Part shown: piece by piece, positions 61,872-64,000 of the stretch
How the letters are laid out: the number at the start of each line of letters is the position of its first letter
Numbering within the stretch: the stretch's first letter is position 1
Assembly (NCBI GenBank): GCA_011390785.1
Contig: JAABRR010000015.1
Span: 51,150-115,149 of the forward strand
Origin: Sphingobacteriia bacterium
GTDB lineage: Bacteria > Bacteroidota > Bacteroidia > Bacteroidales > UBA7960
Direction: 5' to 3'
Length of the DNA: 64,000 nt
Made by a program: the position numbers and the translations under genes
The notes under the pieces: model-generated
What the model saw: the letters and a program-made list of their open reading frames with translations, nothing else
Databases searched by the model: none
Told to the model about the DNA's origin: nothing

Positions 61872-63077
61872 ATGCGGCTTAATTTCTTAGTAATACTTTC
61901 GTTGTTGATTATTTGTTTTTCGGCTTGTGGAACAAAACCCATTGATAGTTCTGAAGGGATTTTTCAAAATAGTATTCCGGGTGCATGGCAAACCGAAAAA
62001 TACTTTCCTTTTCTTGAAGATAAGAACCTTGCTCTTGTAGGCAATCATAGTTCGCTGATTGATAATGCACATTTAGCAGATTCGCTATTATCTGCCGGCT
62101 TTCATTTAAAAAAGGTGTTTAGTCCTGAGCACGGATTTCGGGGTTCTGCTGCTGCCGGCGAATATGTAAAGAGTGGTATTGATCTGCAAACGGGACTTCA
62201 GGTTATAAGTCTTTATGGTTCAAACCGGCGACCATCAGCAGAAGATCTTCAGGATATTGATCTTATAATATTTGATATTCAGGACGTTGGGGCGCGTTTC
62301 TATACTTATATTTCAACTATGACCTATATGATGGAAGAGGCAGCCCGGCTTAATATTCCAATGTTGATACTCGACCGGCCCAATCCAAACGGGCATTATG
62401 TTGATGGTCCGGTATTGAAGCCTGATCAGTCTTCTTTTGTCGGTTTGCACCAGATTCCTGTTGTTCACGGTTTAACCATTGCAGAATATGCTCTTATGGT
62501 TAATGGAGAAGGCTGGCTTGGTAATAATTTAAAATGTGATCTGCAGATTATTCCTGTGAAAAATTATACAAGAGATTCATGGTATGAGCTTCCGGTAGCC
62601 CCTTCGCCAAACCTTCCTGATATGACAAGTATCATTCATTATCCATACCTGTGTTTTTTTGAGGGTACAGCAGTCAGTTTGGGCCGTGGTACTGATTTTC
62701 CTTTCCAGGTTTATGGGCATCCTGATCTGCCAAAAGATAAATATCCTTTTGTTTTTACTCCTGAAAGCCGCACCGCTGCTCCCAATCCGCCCCAATTGGG
62801 AAAAAAATGCCAGGGTATTGATCTTAGGTCAGAAAACCCTCAGGAGTTAAAAAGGTTGTCACGTCTGGATTTGAGTCATCTAATTACTACATATCAGAAT
62901 TTCCCTGATAAAGAAAGCTTCTTTAACAATTTCTTTGACCGGTTGGCCGGAACATCTGAATTACGAAATCAAATAATTGATGGGTGGACAGAAGATGAGA
63001 TAAGAGATTCGTGGCAAAGTGGGTTAGATAAGTTCAGAGAATTAAGAAAGCCATATTTGTTATACCCCGACATATAG
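61872..63077 (+). CDS. DUF1343 / NamZ-like exo-beta-N-acetylmuramidase family lipoprotein
   Basis: 'LVGNHSS', 'FSPEHGFRG', 'SLYG', 'DIIIFDIQDVGARFYTYISTM', 'LDRPNP' and 'PVVHGLTIAEYA'. The start 'MRLNFLVILSLLIICFSAC' is preferred. The ORF is open from 61818. Confidence 0.75.
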   Translation: MRLNFLVILSLLIICFSACGTKPIDSSEGIFQNSIPGAWQTEKYFPFLEDKNLALVGNHSSLIDNAHLADSLLSAGFHLKKVFSPEHGFRGSAAAGEYVKSGIDLQTGLQVISLYGSNRRPSAEDLQDIDLIIFDIQDVGARFYTYISTMTYMMEEAARLNIPMLILDRPNPNGHYVDGPVLKPDQSSFVGLHQIPVVHGLTIAEYALMVNGEGWLGNNLKCDLQIIPVKNYTRDSWYELPVAPSPNLPDMTSIIHYPYLCFFEGTAVSLGRGTDFPFQVYGHPDLPKDKYPFVFTPESRTAAPNPPQLGKKCQGIDLRSENPQELKRLSRLDLSHLITTYQNFPDKESFFNNFFDRLAGTSELRNQIIDGWTEDEIRDSWQSGLDKFRELRKPYLLYPDI

Positions 63078-63107
63078 ACAAACAGATTGTTGATATATTT
63101 AATTCTG

Positions 63108-64000
63108 TTAAGGCAACTGTGAAATGGCATCCATAACTTTTTCCATTTTTCTTCTCATTTGCAATGGCGTACCTTCATAATTATTTACTATCAGCGTAAA
63201 TGCAACTAACTTACCATTACGTGTTTGGGTATAGCCAGCATAAGATCTTACATGTGAAATGAACCCACTTTTGGCCATCAAAATTCCTGCTGAATTTGTT
63301 GAAGCGAACATAGTTTCGAGTGATCCCGACTTATTGGCAACCGGTAAACCTTTGATTAAACTGTTATAAATAACTTCATTCTGAGCGGCAAATACCAGCA
63401 TTTCTGTTAATTGTTCCGGGGTAAGCCTGTTATAGGGTGATAGTCCACTACCATCATATAATTTCATTCCTTGCGTATCAACATCCTTATTGGCCCAAAA
63501 TTCAATTATGCATTTAACTCCTGCGTCGAAACTCCCTTCATTCTGTTCTAATTTTCCGAGTGTTTTTAACAGGTTTTCGGCATAAGTATTTACACTTTTC
63601 ATGTTGGTTCGCTCAACAATATCTTCTAAGGCAGGAGAAAGGGTTTTGTGAAGGACAATACGCGATAATTCAGCATTCCCGGGGGATAAATATCTGCTTG
63701 TAGTTGCATCTCCTTTTACAGAAACACCTTTATTTTTAAGAAATTCCGAAAAAGAAGATGCCAGGAAAAACCCCGGATCAGGAATTGAACCTTTTACTTC
63801 GAAACCGGGCCTGCCCATGGGTACTGTTCCGGTTAACCATCTTTCGTTTCCGTAAGGAGCTCCAAAAATATAAACATTGTCGCCAGAATTGACTGGCCCG
63901 GTTGTAACATCATTGATAAATGAAACACCTGGCAGATATGGTTCTGTATTAATTACCCGGGCAGGATCGCCAATTTTTCTGCCCGGCTGAAAAAAAATAC
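63108..64000 (-). CDS. dacB: D-alanyl-D-alanine carboxypeptidase/endopeptidase (PBP4, DacB family), C-terminal part; 5' end outside the window
   Basis: The frame stays open upstream of the track's Met at 63818. My translation of 63819-63999 gives '...NSGDNVYIFGAPYGNERWLTGTVP', continuous with 'MGRPGFEVKGSIPDPG'. The 'KSGF' (KTG-like) box and the C-terminal 'FTLIVNNY' are typical of PBP4. Confidence 0.75.
   Translation of the reverse strand, partial: IFFQPGRKIGDPARVINTEPYLPGVSFINDVTTGPVNSGDNVYIFGAPYGNERWLTGTVPMGRPGFEVKGSIPDPGFFLASSFSEFLKNKGVSVKGDATTSRYLSPGNAELSRIVLHKTLSPALEDIVERTNMKSVNTYAENLLKTLGKLEQNEGSFDAGVKCIIEFWANKDVDTQGMKLYDGSGLSPYNRLTPEQLTEMLVFAAQNEVIYNSLIKGLPVANKSGSLETMFASTNSAGILMAKSGFISHVRSYAGYTQTRNGKLVAFTLIVNNYEGTPLQMRRKMEKVMDAISQLP

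Noticed and set aside
1-64000. I scanned by eye for tRNA, rRNA, tmRNA, CRISPR arrays, integrases, transposases, toxin-antitoxin pairs and known defence genes.
   Set aside because: I found no T-loop (GGTTCGAATCC-like) signatures, no regularly spaced direct repeats, and no recombinase or defence-type motifs in any ORF of 60 aa or more. Only the Rpn-like remnant at 46668-46871 relates to mobile DNA. A proper tRNAscan or Infernal run could still reveal small RNAs that I missed.

Overview
This is an AT-rich chromosomal segment with Bacteroidota hallmarks: TAnnTTTG-type -7 boxes, an ECF sigma/FecR/STN-TonB receptor/DUF4249 locus, many lipobox lipoproteins, and LptF/G next to glycosyltransferases. 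I call about 60 protein genes. I found no rRNA, tRNA or CRISPR array by eye. There is no intact mobile element, only one Rpn/PD-(D/E)XK nuclease remnant. The most interesting part is a roughly 14 kb hydrogen-metabolism island at 16.6-30.5 kb. It starts with a stripped-down NuoE/NuoF/[FeFe]-hydrogenase operon whose HydA carries TSCSP instead of TSCCP and whose NuoF-like subunit lacks the accessory Fe-S domains. Next come a Rex repressor gene and a tightly packed six-gene cassette: DRTGG, GHKL ATPase, a hydrogenase-like protein with a degenerate H-cluster domain and no PAS domain, DRTGG, PHP, GHKL ATPase. I read this cassette as an uncharacterised H2/redox-sensing signalling module. The island ends with a canonical HydABC-type (electron-bifurcating type) operon, preceded by a cysteine-free HndB-like protein. 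Rex-box-like palindromes sit at the promoters of the cassette and of the second hydrogenase operon, but not the first. Other notable content includes an NDQ-motif Na+-pumping rhodopsin that is very KR2-like. There is also a thioredoxin operon whose TrxB homologue lacks the NADPH-binding HRRxxxR arginines (FFTR-like), together with atypical Trx/Grx partners and an orphan GroES. A Mop/ModE-N/WtpA molybdate-tungstate cluster has no permease genes and carries a terminator-like leader hairpin. A heme-motif/OB-fold/YceI/DUF5777 operon is also present. Two roughly 130-180 nt intergenic elements have long closing stems and are candidate ncRNAs. Housekeeping genes are msrA, ribBA, truA, ppdK, hisS, hutH, gcvT, sucC, a DPP3-like peptidase, a NamZ-like protein and a partial dacB. 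All functional calls rest on motif recognition by eye, with no database search, so start codons and family names are provisional.
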